This document shows, piece after piece, positions 12,401 through 22,700 of a stretch of 64,000 nucleotides of DNA. Location of the stretch: assembly GCF_964355755.1 (NCBI RefSeq), contig NC_092677.1, forward strand, positions 4,362,101-4,426,100, given 5' to 3'. The notes under the pieces are model-generated. The model had not been told where the DNA came from, made no database searches, and saw only the letters and a list, made by a program, of their open reading frames with translations. Numbering within the stretch: the stretch's first letter is position 1; the number at the start of each line of letters is the position of its first letter. The stretch is from Antedon mediterranea (lineage: Eukaryota; Animalia; Echinodermata). Position numbers and translations under genes: made by a program.

Positions 12401-15400
12401 AATCACGCCTATAGTCATAGCCCAAAGTATGAGTTGGACTAGAATTACTATCAAAATTGAAAAGTTCCCATGCGCTGGATTATGCGAATTCATTATCATG
12501 TTTTGCGATCTACGATAAGAGTTCATAACATTTACGCGAATATATTCGATTAGTTAAAAGCAAACTTTATGCATTTATTTCAGTTAAGTGCAAGGACGAT
12601 GAATTTTCATGTAAAAGCGGGGTAGAGGCGTCTTTTGAAACTGAATTTGTTGAAAAATATGGGACTAAGTATTGCATTAGTGACAATCTAAAATGTGATG
12701 GTATTAAACATTGTGCGAATTATGCTGACGAAGCAAATTGTCCAGGTGATGTAATAAAATGTTGTCTTGGTAATTTGAGTATGTTCAAAATATCGATATT
12801 TATTAATAGCGATAGCGCTTTTGTATACAAGCACCAAAACCATAGCCATACAATCTAAACGCTCTACTTTACATTTTTGGTAGGCCTATTAATGTTATGC
12901 ATCCTCAAAATATCCAAGGACCTGCTTGTATAGGAAGAATGGTTCTTGGGACAGGAGGTGTAAGTGGTAGGCCTAGATAAAATGTCACTGTCAATCTAGT
13001 ACAAATTGATACTCGTTGTTTTTGTAGCAGGACAATGTAATGAGAAGGAAGAATTTACATGTGGAGATATCATTTGCATCCCGAATGATTATAAGTGCGA
13101 CGGGTTTTGTGACTGCGCAGACTGCAGGGACGAGTCTTCAGACATAGTTTGTGTATTTACGTGCACGAATGGTAAACAAATACCAAAAGAGGAAACGTGC
13201 GATTATAAAAACCAATGTGGTGATAACAGTGATGAAGAAGGATGTACAGAATTTCAAAGTAGGCCTACAGTTATTTTAATTTTAATTCATTGATCAATAT
13301 CAATAATTGTCACCGACGCATTTCTAACGAATAGGCCTACACACAATTTCAAATATTTTCCATAAAGAATAATCTTCAATTGCTTTGATGGTTTAAGTTA
13401 GCCTACTTAAGTAATATTTGTTTTCAAATAAATTACAAAGTATAAAATTAAAGTAACGACTTTTAAGAAGAATGTCTTTCTCTTTACAGGTTGCACTGAA
13501 GAGTCTGAATTCCAGTGTGATAATAAGCAGTGTATTGTCAAGGCTAACCTTTGTAACGATATAGAAGACTGTTATGATTATAGCGATGAACGTTCATGTA
13601 GGTTATTTATAATCTGTTAGCATGTGTGTCCTAGGACTGTGTTTAGCATGTAAAGACAAAAATGTTTGTTTTAGTGCTATATAGGCCTACTCTCAACATT
13701 ATGCTTCATTTAATTTTAGGTAATTGCTCAAGATTTCTTTGTAATAACAAGAAATGTGTTAACATTTACGCTGATTGTAACGGATTAGACGAATGCGGCG
13801 ATGGCTCTGATGAAATGTTTTGTAATGAAAAAAGTGAGTGTAGACGTGTTTTTAAACAACCTTGGTCTTTAAACTTGTCCCTAAACGGCCCTAATCTAAC
13901 TCGGCTCTAAACCAACTCGCTCCGAGTAAACTAAACCCCAATAAACTAATCAGTCAACACGTTCCCAATAAAGTGACTAACAAGTCTATTCGGCAGTTGT
14001 GACAACGTGTTTGATAAATGATGCAGATAAGACAGATTTAAGTTAATATGCCTATATTTGTTATTTTATGTAATTAGTATTGTTTTTTTATATAGGAATT
14101 CCTTATCAAACACACGATCCTTCAAATTGGACAGATGACTGGTATTTCCAATACGCAGACAAATTAGACATAGGTTCTGATACATATGTGCTTGAGAAAG
14201 CAGTAACATTATTTAAGGAATACTTCAAAGATTGGGGCTTTGAGAGAGTTTCAGGAGAGTTTCCACCAGACTGGATTAGATTCCTTGTCTTCAGTAGTAC
14301 GGCAGACTATAGCGACCTACAGAATGTTCTAAAACTTACCGAAGAAGAATTATTGGAACTAGGACATCAGGCTCAGCAGATGATTTTACAGTGTACTTAT
14401 GCTGGTACGAAGTGTGATATTGAAAAGTACGTGAAAATGGTTTGACAGTTTTATTAATGATAACACCTACAGTAGTGTTTGTTAATATAAAACAAATATA
14501 AACAAATCCTCAAATTATTTCTGTTTATGTTTTATTTTTCATCTCTCAATTTAGAATATATAACATATCATTTAAATGGAAAGTATGACCAAAATAGCAA
14601 AGCAACTACTGTAGATGCCTACAGGAAAAATCGGAAACAAAAATAGAAGTGGGAATAGACCGTCCTTACCTGCACACGTTTTTTTTTCATTCAGTTAGGT
14701 GTCACAAATGAATTTAAGCTTATTTGATTTCAGGGATTTTCACTTATTTCAACATGACAAATACGGTAACTGCTACACATTTAACAGTCATAAGAAGGAA
14801 AATGCGACAAAACACGATGTATCACAACCAGGTGCCGAAAAAGGTAAGTTGGTAACCGATTGTAAGAATCCTAAAAAAGATTTGAGTAAGAGCCGAAGTA
14901 TTTCAAAATACAAACTAACATAGCATTATTCGATTCGTAGTTTGAATCTCTTTTCACCCATTTACGTTTTGGTAATAAAGGTTTAAAGCTAACGCTGTAC
15001 ACAGAACAACATGAATATGTTAGTGTCTTCGGACAAGAGAGTGGCATCAAAGTGTCGGTGCATAATCAGTTTGAAACACCGTTTCCAGAAGAAAATGCCA
15101 TTACCGTCTCACCAGGCAGAGCTACTTCATTAGGCATAAAAAAGGTAAACATCATCTTTCTCATCATTGACCGATGTTTTCTTCATGTCATGAAGAAGCT
15201 CTTGATTTTTGACGACATTTGACATATGTACTTGCTTTGCTTCGTTGATTGCTGCAAAGTATTGGCACGCGCACAATCAATTAACATGGCTGCTACAGTC
15301 CTATGTTTTTGCATAGAGATATTACACTATAATATCTCTATGGTTTTTGATAGCTCTATCAGTTTAGTTTAGTTTAGATGGGTAAGTTTAGGCGAGGTGT

Positions 15401-17750
15401 ACCTTTTTAATCCCATTTGTACAACGGTCGAATCCAATCGTTTTTTCACGATCGTTATAATCAAAACTTATATTCTGAAATTTAGACAATTTTTTATTTG
15501 CAGCACGAACTGATTCGGAAAGGCCAGCCGTATGGTAACTGCACAAGTGAAAATGCAACCGTGAAGAACTTGATTTACAAGGGAGACACAGTGTACACAG
15601 CTACTGTAAATAACAATGATGTCATTCATGTTTATTTTACTCCATGAATTGATTTAAAAATTGAAAGGTTTCCATGTATTGTCTGTTTGGACATTGGTCT
15701 GTATTCAAATTATTCCTAATCAGCAGATCCAAGTTAAAAATATAAATATTATCATCATTATCATATAATTGCTGTAATGGTAGGTCTACGTCTTACCTAT
15801 TTAGTATCTATTAACCCAATCATTATTTTCATTTCTTATTTTCAATAGGCTTGCCAAAAATCGTGTTTACAACTAAAGTTACTAGAAGTTTGCGACTGTG
15901 TGGACACATTGCGTTATGATGGTTCCCAGCGTTGCCAACTACTGGATCTTGAACAAGGCTAGTTTAACCAAATGAACACACAACATTAGCAAACATTGAA
16001 GCCACTGCTAGCGCGAACAAAATATTCTTTCTTTAATTCTTTTCGTAATTTTTATTCAGCCAAAATAAATATTTAACATCAGTAGGCTATACTACAAAAA
16101 GTGATTTTACTGATTAAGCGAAAACTCAAGGGACTATAATTCGCAGATGTGGACAATGAAAATACGAATACACATGTACATAGGCTAAACCAGCCTAGCT
16201 TTACTTACTAAGATCTATTCACTCATTTTAGAAGTACATTATTTGTACCTTTAAACTGAGTGAATAGATCTTGTGAGTAAAGCTAAAAGCTAAACATTTG
16301 CATATACCTATATCATTGCAACATTATTTCTAAAAGCTCAACATATTCCATTAGTACGCATCACAACATTAATATAAGGCGTACAACATACTGGATTCAA
16401 TTTACCCGTAATTGCAGTGAAATATTATATTTCTAAAGCCTATACTTTTTTTTACCAATTAGAACGTTGCCGCCAATTTGTGAATTTTCTTCATTCTCAA
16501 TATTTAATAAAATGTGATTGTCCAGTTGCTTGTCGGTAAGTTAATGTATCTTTCTAAAACTGAAACTAAATTCGTCTCTTTACTGGACTGGTAACATGTA
16601 TGGTGAATTATTGTGTTAAGTTGTAACAAATTAAACAAAACCATTGTATTGGTGGAAAGTCATTTGACTATTATGTTGTGACGTCTTCTTGTAGCAAAAG
16701 AATAATTTCTATTTTTTTGTTTTTAGTGAAATTACATATGAAAAGACCGTATCACAATCACTTTGGCCTTCTGATAGATATGTGGTAAGTTTGCTGGTAC
16801 GGTGAAGGAACTGAGAACTCGTGCCAAGCATTTAATAATATAAGATTATAACATTACGAATGGACTATACTTAATAAACTGATTTCGAAATAAGTTACAA
16901 TAACATTTTTGATCTTCCAGAAAACTTTGCTTGACAGTATTTACGTCCTTGAGGCAAGATACAGTGAACATTTATACGATCTCGAAACAGCACAGTAAGT
17001 AGCATGTTTCAAAAAGAGGCAATGTTTTCGCGCCAATAGAAAGCGTCAGCTTATACGCATGCGTAGAGAACGATTTTTAAAGATGGAGACATGAAATACG
17101 CATGACGCTTTCGATTTGTGTGAACAAATTCGCCTAATGGAAATCGGCTTTAGGGCCTACACATTATTAACTGTAATGATCAGATTTGCCAGACGCCTTT
17201 TAAAATTAGAGATATTCAGTCTTCAATGTATAAATTGTATTTGTATAATAACTATTTTTCTATAATTACTTTTGAAATGTGTGTAAACAGAAGAAATCTT
17301 GCTCGTCTGAACGTGTATTATGAGGATCTTTCGTACGTCTCCATATCCGAACTCCCTGCTTATACAGTAAGTATACACAGACACGTCTAGTTAGTATTAC
17401 TTTCAAGGACCTTTTGGACGTCCATAATATCACAAAAAAATCGATCAAAAATTCTGAACCTTTAACTTCAATAATCCTATTGGCCTATTTTGTGAAAAAT
17501 CGAGATTGAGTGAGAAAATTGACCGGGTGATAAAATAATCCGATATTTCAACGTAATGTACTTTATAACCAATTATTCTGAATTTCAGTGGCAAAGCCTC
17601 TTCGGTGACGTAGGAGGAACTCTAGGACTGTATATTGGTCTTTCATTGCTAACTGTTGTCGAATTCTGCGAATTCTTCATTGATATTTTTCTTTATTGTT
17701 GTAACAAAATGATGAAGAGGAACAAAGTACAAAGCATACCGGGCATGTAG
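9499..17750 (+). CDS. DEG/ENaC-family channel subunit with seven extracellular LDLa repeats, copy A (18 exons, about 831 aa, intact)
   Basis: Exons: 9499-9705, 10260-10413, 11147-11269, 11618-11755, 12584-12745, 13028-13258, 13490-13597, 13720-13833, 14096-14426, 14734-14843, 14981-15144, 15504-15605, 15849-15957, 16463-16535, 16727-16784, 16921-16994, 17291-17366, 17589-17750. Total 2496 nt with consistent phases. Motifs: TSSHGIPRI (HG), TM1, [31 protein letters not shown], Cys-rich thumb CQKSC..CDC..CDCPVAC, WPS, and TM2 [21 protein letters not shown] (GxS filter). Confidence 0.93.
9791..9930. mobile_element. About 140-bp MITE (PIF/Harbinger-like) in intron 1 of A; copy at about 40602-40741 in A'
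   Basis: Inverted ends AGCTCTGTCTGCACCATCAA / TTGATAGTGTAGACAGAGCC, flanked by TAA and CAA. Absent from intron 1 of B and C. A second family member lies at 10460-10834. Confidence 0.7.
10460..10834. mobile_element. Second MITE of the AGCTCTGTCT...AGACAGAGCT family, interrupted by a SINE
   Basis: Same termini and the same internal GATGATGTCATATC core as 9791-9930. Split at TGATAGT|GTAGAC by the insertion at 10566-10818. Confidence 0.65.
10566..10818 (-). mobile_element. tRNA-derived SINE; copy at 41358-41626 in A'
   Basis: The minus strand has an A box TGGCTTGGTGG and a B box GAGTTCAAGTCC (GGGTTCAAGTCC in A') at tRNA-like spacing. A non-tRNA body and an A-rich tail follow. A short TAGT repeat flanks both ends. 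Confidence 0.75.
11960..12359. mobile_element. About 400-bp insertion in intron 4 of A only; probable truncated MITE fragment
   Basis: Absent from A' (aatcctg-tcagac-ataaac at about 42779-42797), where 6 bp are present instead. Contains repeated TTTAGTC/GACTAAA motifs. The right end GGTTTAAGAATACGGGC looks like a TIR with no left partner. Confidence 0.6.
15312..15342. mobile_element. 31-bp palindromic micro-element with a 7-bp TSD (P-superfamily-like termini)
   Basis: CATAGAGATATTA-cacta-TAATATCTCTATG flanked by GTTTTTG at 15305-15311 and 15343-15349. A' has the empty site (ctatGTTTTTGatagc, about 45735-45750). Confidence 0.8.
16196..16285. repeat. About 90-bp fold-back palindrome (mini-MITE-like) in intron 13 of A, B, A' and B'
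   Basis: TAGCTTTACTTAC(T)AAGATCTATTCACTCA...TGAGTGAATAGATCTTGTGAGTAAAGCTA, pairing almost up to a 5-nt loop. Copies at about 25803-25891, 46621-46709 and 56221-56309. Not present in C. Confidence 0.8.
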
Positions 17751-17925
17751 TTCATAAGATGCAACCAGGGAAGAATTGTAATTTAACTCTTCCCTGATGC
17801 AACACAATTTCCCATTTTTATGTATATATGGCCCAAGACTTAATTATATATTATGACGAGTAAATTATAGTTTATACGCAACAAGCACGTTTTTGTTGTT
17901 GCGTCTAGGTAGATTTCAAGGTAGT

Positions 17926-18421
17926 AGGGAGGTTTCGCAACCTTACGAATACGATAACGAAAACGGATACGTCATACATTTGTGAAACTTTTGAGCTGAT
18001 CCCCATTTCATATTCGTAAAGCGTATTCGTGTTGACGAATATCACCAATCATATTCGTAACTACAAAACGAGTATAGTTTTTGATCTATTTTGCACATTT
18101 TGCATTTGAATCAGGAATGATTCATGATTATAATATAATTATAGATTTATTGAATGTAATTTACTAAAGTAATTTACTAAAATGCCATGTCAATTTGATA
18201 AATAGCACTTTTTAAAGTCCTCACTCGCTTTGGTGTTACGCTAGGCCTAGGCAGCCGGCCAAGCACCTGCGCTTCGCTCAAATTTACCGCAGTCATATTT
18301 TGGACGCGCCTCAATATTTCGTTGCCATGCGAAACAGATTTTTTATGGCTTACGAAAACGAATACGTGTGCGTGACGTATCGTATTTCGTTATCGTATTC
18401 GTAAGATTGCGAAACCTCTCT
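17926..18421. mobile_element. About 496-bp MITE downstream of gene A
   Basis: Imperfect TIRs of about 50 bp: AGGGAGGTTTCGCAACCTTACGAATACGATAACGAAA... versus ...TTTCGTTATCGTATTCGTAAGATTGCGAAACCTCTCT. No ORF; TSD ambiguous (TA or AWT-like). Confidence 0.8.
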
Positions 18422-18666
18422 AATGGCATCATATGTCCTGGTAAATGATTGGTGTTGGACCTGTTGGTAACTATAAATAGAAGGTAGTCCATGTAGTATG
18501 TATAAACTAATTAAATGGAAACAGCCATAATTTTGTAAAACGGCGGCGTGTCGAGCAAAGCAAAGTACTTTGATATTATATGATTGTAATTGATTGAGCT
18601 TGACAGTGATATGATTATTTAGAAAGATGCTATATACATTAATATTTTCCATTTCTTGGACTTGTA

Positions 18667-18842
18667 AAGCTATTTATATGTCTATTCAAAATATAAAACA
18701 CAAATAAATAAATAATAAATAAATAAATAATGTATGTTGTGAAATTATGTAAACTTCTGTATAAGCCTAGATAAAGCTATTTATATGTCTATTCAAAATA
18801 TAAAACACAAATAAATAAACTAATAAATAAAAATGCATGTTT
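18667..18842 (+). repeat. Two-copy direct repeat (period about 106 bp) rich in AATAAA; candidate polyadenylation region
   Basis: AAAGCTATTTATATGTCTATTCAAAATATAAAACACAAATAAATAAA occurs at about 18667 and 18773. These are the first canonical AATAAA hexamers I could find after the A stop codon. Same arrangement after B and A'. Confidence 0.6.
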
Positions 18843-19739
18843 TGAAAGGTTTTAAAATAATGCACAGTTGGATTTACATTTTAACCAGCTTACTGTTAGT
18901 GTGTGGTTATTTATTAGCTATGATTAATAGAATAAATAAAGATTGTAGCACGATATTCATTTACATAATTTACTCATTATGAATAAAAAATGAAAACCTT
19001 CATAAAATTATATTATTTCCCATGCGCGGATTGACAAAAAAATTGAGTAAATAAATAGTAGGCGTGGTTTCCACTATTATGCAAATGACGTAGGCCTACA
19101 ACGCAAGTAATAACAACAACTCATGTGATCTCTCGCTTGCGTGTATATGCGTTGCGTCCTACTTTAGAAATCATTTTGACCTAAATATCAACGACTACGC
19201 ACTGAGAAAAAAATATAACAAGTATTCGAACATCGACATTTAAATTAGCTTGCTGTAAATTGAAAACATCATTACGTTAATTAAAACCAGAATCGTGTTT
19301 TCATTTAGGTATTGTATTGTGAATCACATAAAGAAAGTACATTTTTATAGTAACGTAAAAGTAATAAGAACAATTACATATTGATAGCCAATATGCTTTA
19401 CACTCTCAAATAGAAAAATCGATCGGATTTGGAATGAATATCGTCCTAAATAATGTTACAATAACCGAAAGACGCTCATTCTATCACCAACTAACACTGC
19501 ATTGTCGTCGTGAGTAAACAATGTCGGACTTGTGATCAAGTTGAGATTTTGTATCAGTATTTGCATTTCCGCGCTCATATACGGAAGAAGTACCACAAAC
19601 TGGCAAGCTACGCGGGAACGAATTTACTAACAAATATTTTCGTAATACGTACATCCACGCGCGCATAATTCAGAAACTTATCCGAGATCAAGATTGATGC
19701 AAGAATATTAGGAAACGATTCGATGTTGTCATTGAGAAC

Positions 19740-22700
19740 ATGGCTCAAGAAGAAGAGGAAACTGTACTTGGAATAAGTCGAAATTTCGGAGAAAACACTT
19801 CTTCACATGGTATACCACGGATAGTAGCGTCAAAATCGTATTTTGGAAAGATCTTCTGGAGTTGTTTGTATGTTGCTTCTCTAGTGGCGTTCTCTTGGCA
19901 GGCCTATGTCCTCATCGATACATACTTCAAGTTTGAAGTTTCTATCAAAGTAAGTTAAGAACGTATCTATCATTTAATTTTACAAAGAAAATTTAAGAAA
20001 ACAAGCTTACTGATGGCTACACAAATCATTCCAATCAAAGAATGTTTATATTTTTATAACTAATTTAGAAATCACATCCACACGGCCAATCGTAGACTTT
20101 TCGATGTTTGTCTGAAATAAAAGCTCAAGTAGTATACGTATGAAACGCCATATGTGCCAAAATATTAATCTTTTTACTAATAATTAAGTCAAAAGGCCTC
20201 GTTAAAAGTGATTAGGAATTAAATTGTAACTTTTGACTTACAGTATTTCCATTTTTGTTTAAACTAATATAGCAATTACCGAAAATTAGGCATAATGAAA
20301 ATAATAATTATATTATAAAAAATTAATAAAACGAATATTTCTTGCTTTGCTTTTATTTATTTTTGTCAGTACGTCGTTGAAAACTCAGACGCCAGACCCT
20401 TGCAATTTCCCGCCGTTACCTTATGCAATACGAATCAAGTTCGCCGGTCTGTTTTGGCGTTACGTCATGAGTATGAGATACTATCGTCCATTGAAGACTA
20501 CACAAATGGTTTACTGTATTATGGTAAAATATTTTGCGTCAATATAATATTTATTCCATGTTTTTTTTGCCCAACTAACGTTTACTATCTTAGATGGATC
20601 CCATCCAGATCACTTATTATAGACAATGAAAAAAAAACTGCTTTTGTAGGTTTTTTATCAGTGTCTATATTCAATTCTATCAATACTAGTTCACACTTTC
20701 ATATGACCCCTTTCCCTGCTACCTTTAAGGACCTAATAACTTATTTCAAATTCATCCCATAAAAAGAGCATGAGCGAATGCATCATCCCTAATGGATAAG
20801 ACTTCTTTTCTTCACATTAAAGTATATTTTTGTCTTAAATGTTTCTGCAGCTCCGTGCAAGGCTGGAGATTTTCATTGTGAGAACAATAAGTGTGTTAAA
20901 GGCTACAGAGTGTGCAACGGTATTGATGATTGTGGTGATAAGTCAGATGAACAAGACTGTCAATCTGGTAAGTATTGGAATCTTTATCAACCCGTAAAAT
21001 AATGGAACGCGTGAGTATTATATTTTAAAATTTAGTAATAATTATCTTCTGTGATGGCGCTAGTTACACTCCGTTATGCGTGAGTAATTATGAATGACAT
21101 AATGCGCGCATAAAGCATGTCATAACAGACGTTAGCGGTTTTCTGTTATACAGTCGTACGACAGCCACGTCGTTTTCAGTCGCGTGGACGCGACTCTATA
21201 GTTCACTATGTCGGTCGGTCGGTATGTCTGTCGGTCCGGTATCACTATGCATTGTAGCACGCGACTTAATGGCTGTTGGCCTTGTTGAGTAACAATCTAC
21301 TCGATCGGTTTCCTGTAAAAACTAACTTTCTTACAATAAATCGTCGTAGTCGTAACAAAACTGGTGTTCTTACGTAGAGAAGAAACCAGGCTTAAACGGG
21401 CATATAGGAAGTTAAGATTGTTTTCGATTTAATCCATTGCGAATTCAGGTAAATGCGTCATGCTTGGTAAAAGACAATGTGTACGACGAATGCATTTAGC
21501 TGAGTATCGTTGTTTTCTGCTTTTGTCAGAAGAGTATAGACCAACATAATATTCCATTACTAATCATTATTATATTTATTTTGCATAAATATTATACATT
21601 TTATTATATACAGTTCCGTGTCGATCTGGGTATAAGAGGTGTCAAATGGGAGGAGATTTCGGCTATTGTATTAGCGAAGACAGATGGTGTGACAGAAATA
21701 TAGATTGTTACGATGGAGAAGACGAAGATTGTTCAGCGAATGACAGTGAGTAACATTAAGTTGAAGAAAATTAAATTAGGCCTACCCAACTTAATTAACA
21801 TATTCGTCCTTAAAATCAGAATAACAATAGAATATATATTAGGAAGAAGTATAAAAATCATTGTATTGATCATTTGAAAATGAAATGAATAAAAGTAGCG
21901 GTTAAGGCCACAAAAGAGAGAAAAAAAAACATTCATTACCGTACGAAGTATTTTGAGGAAAACAACTTGTGCATGCGCACTAATCTTGTCAGACATACAA
22001 TACTCGCACATGTGTACTAATCAGCCACATTTTAAAGTCACGCCCATAGTCATAGCCCAAAGTATGAGTTGAAAAGTTTCCATGCAGCGGCAAATTGGAC
22101 TTGGAAGCCCGTTTTTTTTTTTCATATTTTTTCATCTACGATAAGATTTCATGAAATGTGCGCGAATATATTCGATTAGTTAAAAAACAGAAGACTTTAT
22201 GCATTTATTTCAGTTAAGTGCAAGGACGATGAATTTTCATGTAAAAGCGGAGTAGAGACGTCTTTTGAAACTGCCTATGTTGAAAAATATGGGACTAAGT
22301 ATTGCATTAGTGCCAAGCTAAAATGTGATGGTATTAAACACTGTGAGAATAATGCTGATGAAGCAAATTGTCCAGGTGATGTAATAAAGTTTTTTCTTGG
22401 TAATTTGTGTATGTTTAAAGTAGCGGTATTTATTTTCATATTAATAGCGCTTTTGTATAAATGCACCGAAAGCAAACCATAGCCATACAATCCATACTAC
22501 TTTACATTTAATGTATGCCTCCTCAACATAACCCAGGACCTCCTTGTATGGGAAAAAAAGTTCTTGGGACAGAGGTGTAAGTAGTAGGCCTAAATTAACA
22601 TGTCACTGTCAATCTAGTACAAATTGATACTCGTTGTTTTGTAGCTGGGAAATGTAATGAGACTGACTTTTCATGCGGAGATGGCTTTTGCATCCCGAAT

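Noticed and set aside
11071-13910. Separate LDL-receptor/LRP-like gene nested in the channel gene
   Set aside because: No signal peptide, EGF/YWTD or own transmembrane exon. The LDLa exons splice in frame between channel exons 2 and 9 in every copy.
17010-17152. Inverted-repeat structure in intron 16 (GAAAGCGTCA...TGACGCTTTC)
   Set aside because: Probably an eroded MITE absent from C, but the termini and TSD could not be defined well enough to call.
9499-17750. Assigning a specific gene symbol (ASIC, SCNN1, FaNaC)
   Set aside because: Family motifs are clear, but orthology cannot be established without a phylogeny.
18350-19666. Minus-strand ORFs (100 aa and 60 aa) in the A-B spacer
   Set aside because: They overlap a MITE end or promoter DNA, are truncated or deleted in paralogous spacers, and have no protein motifs.
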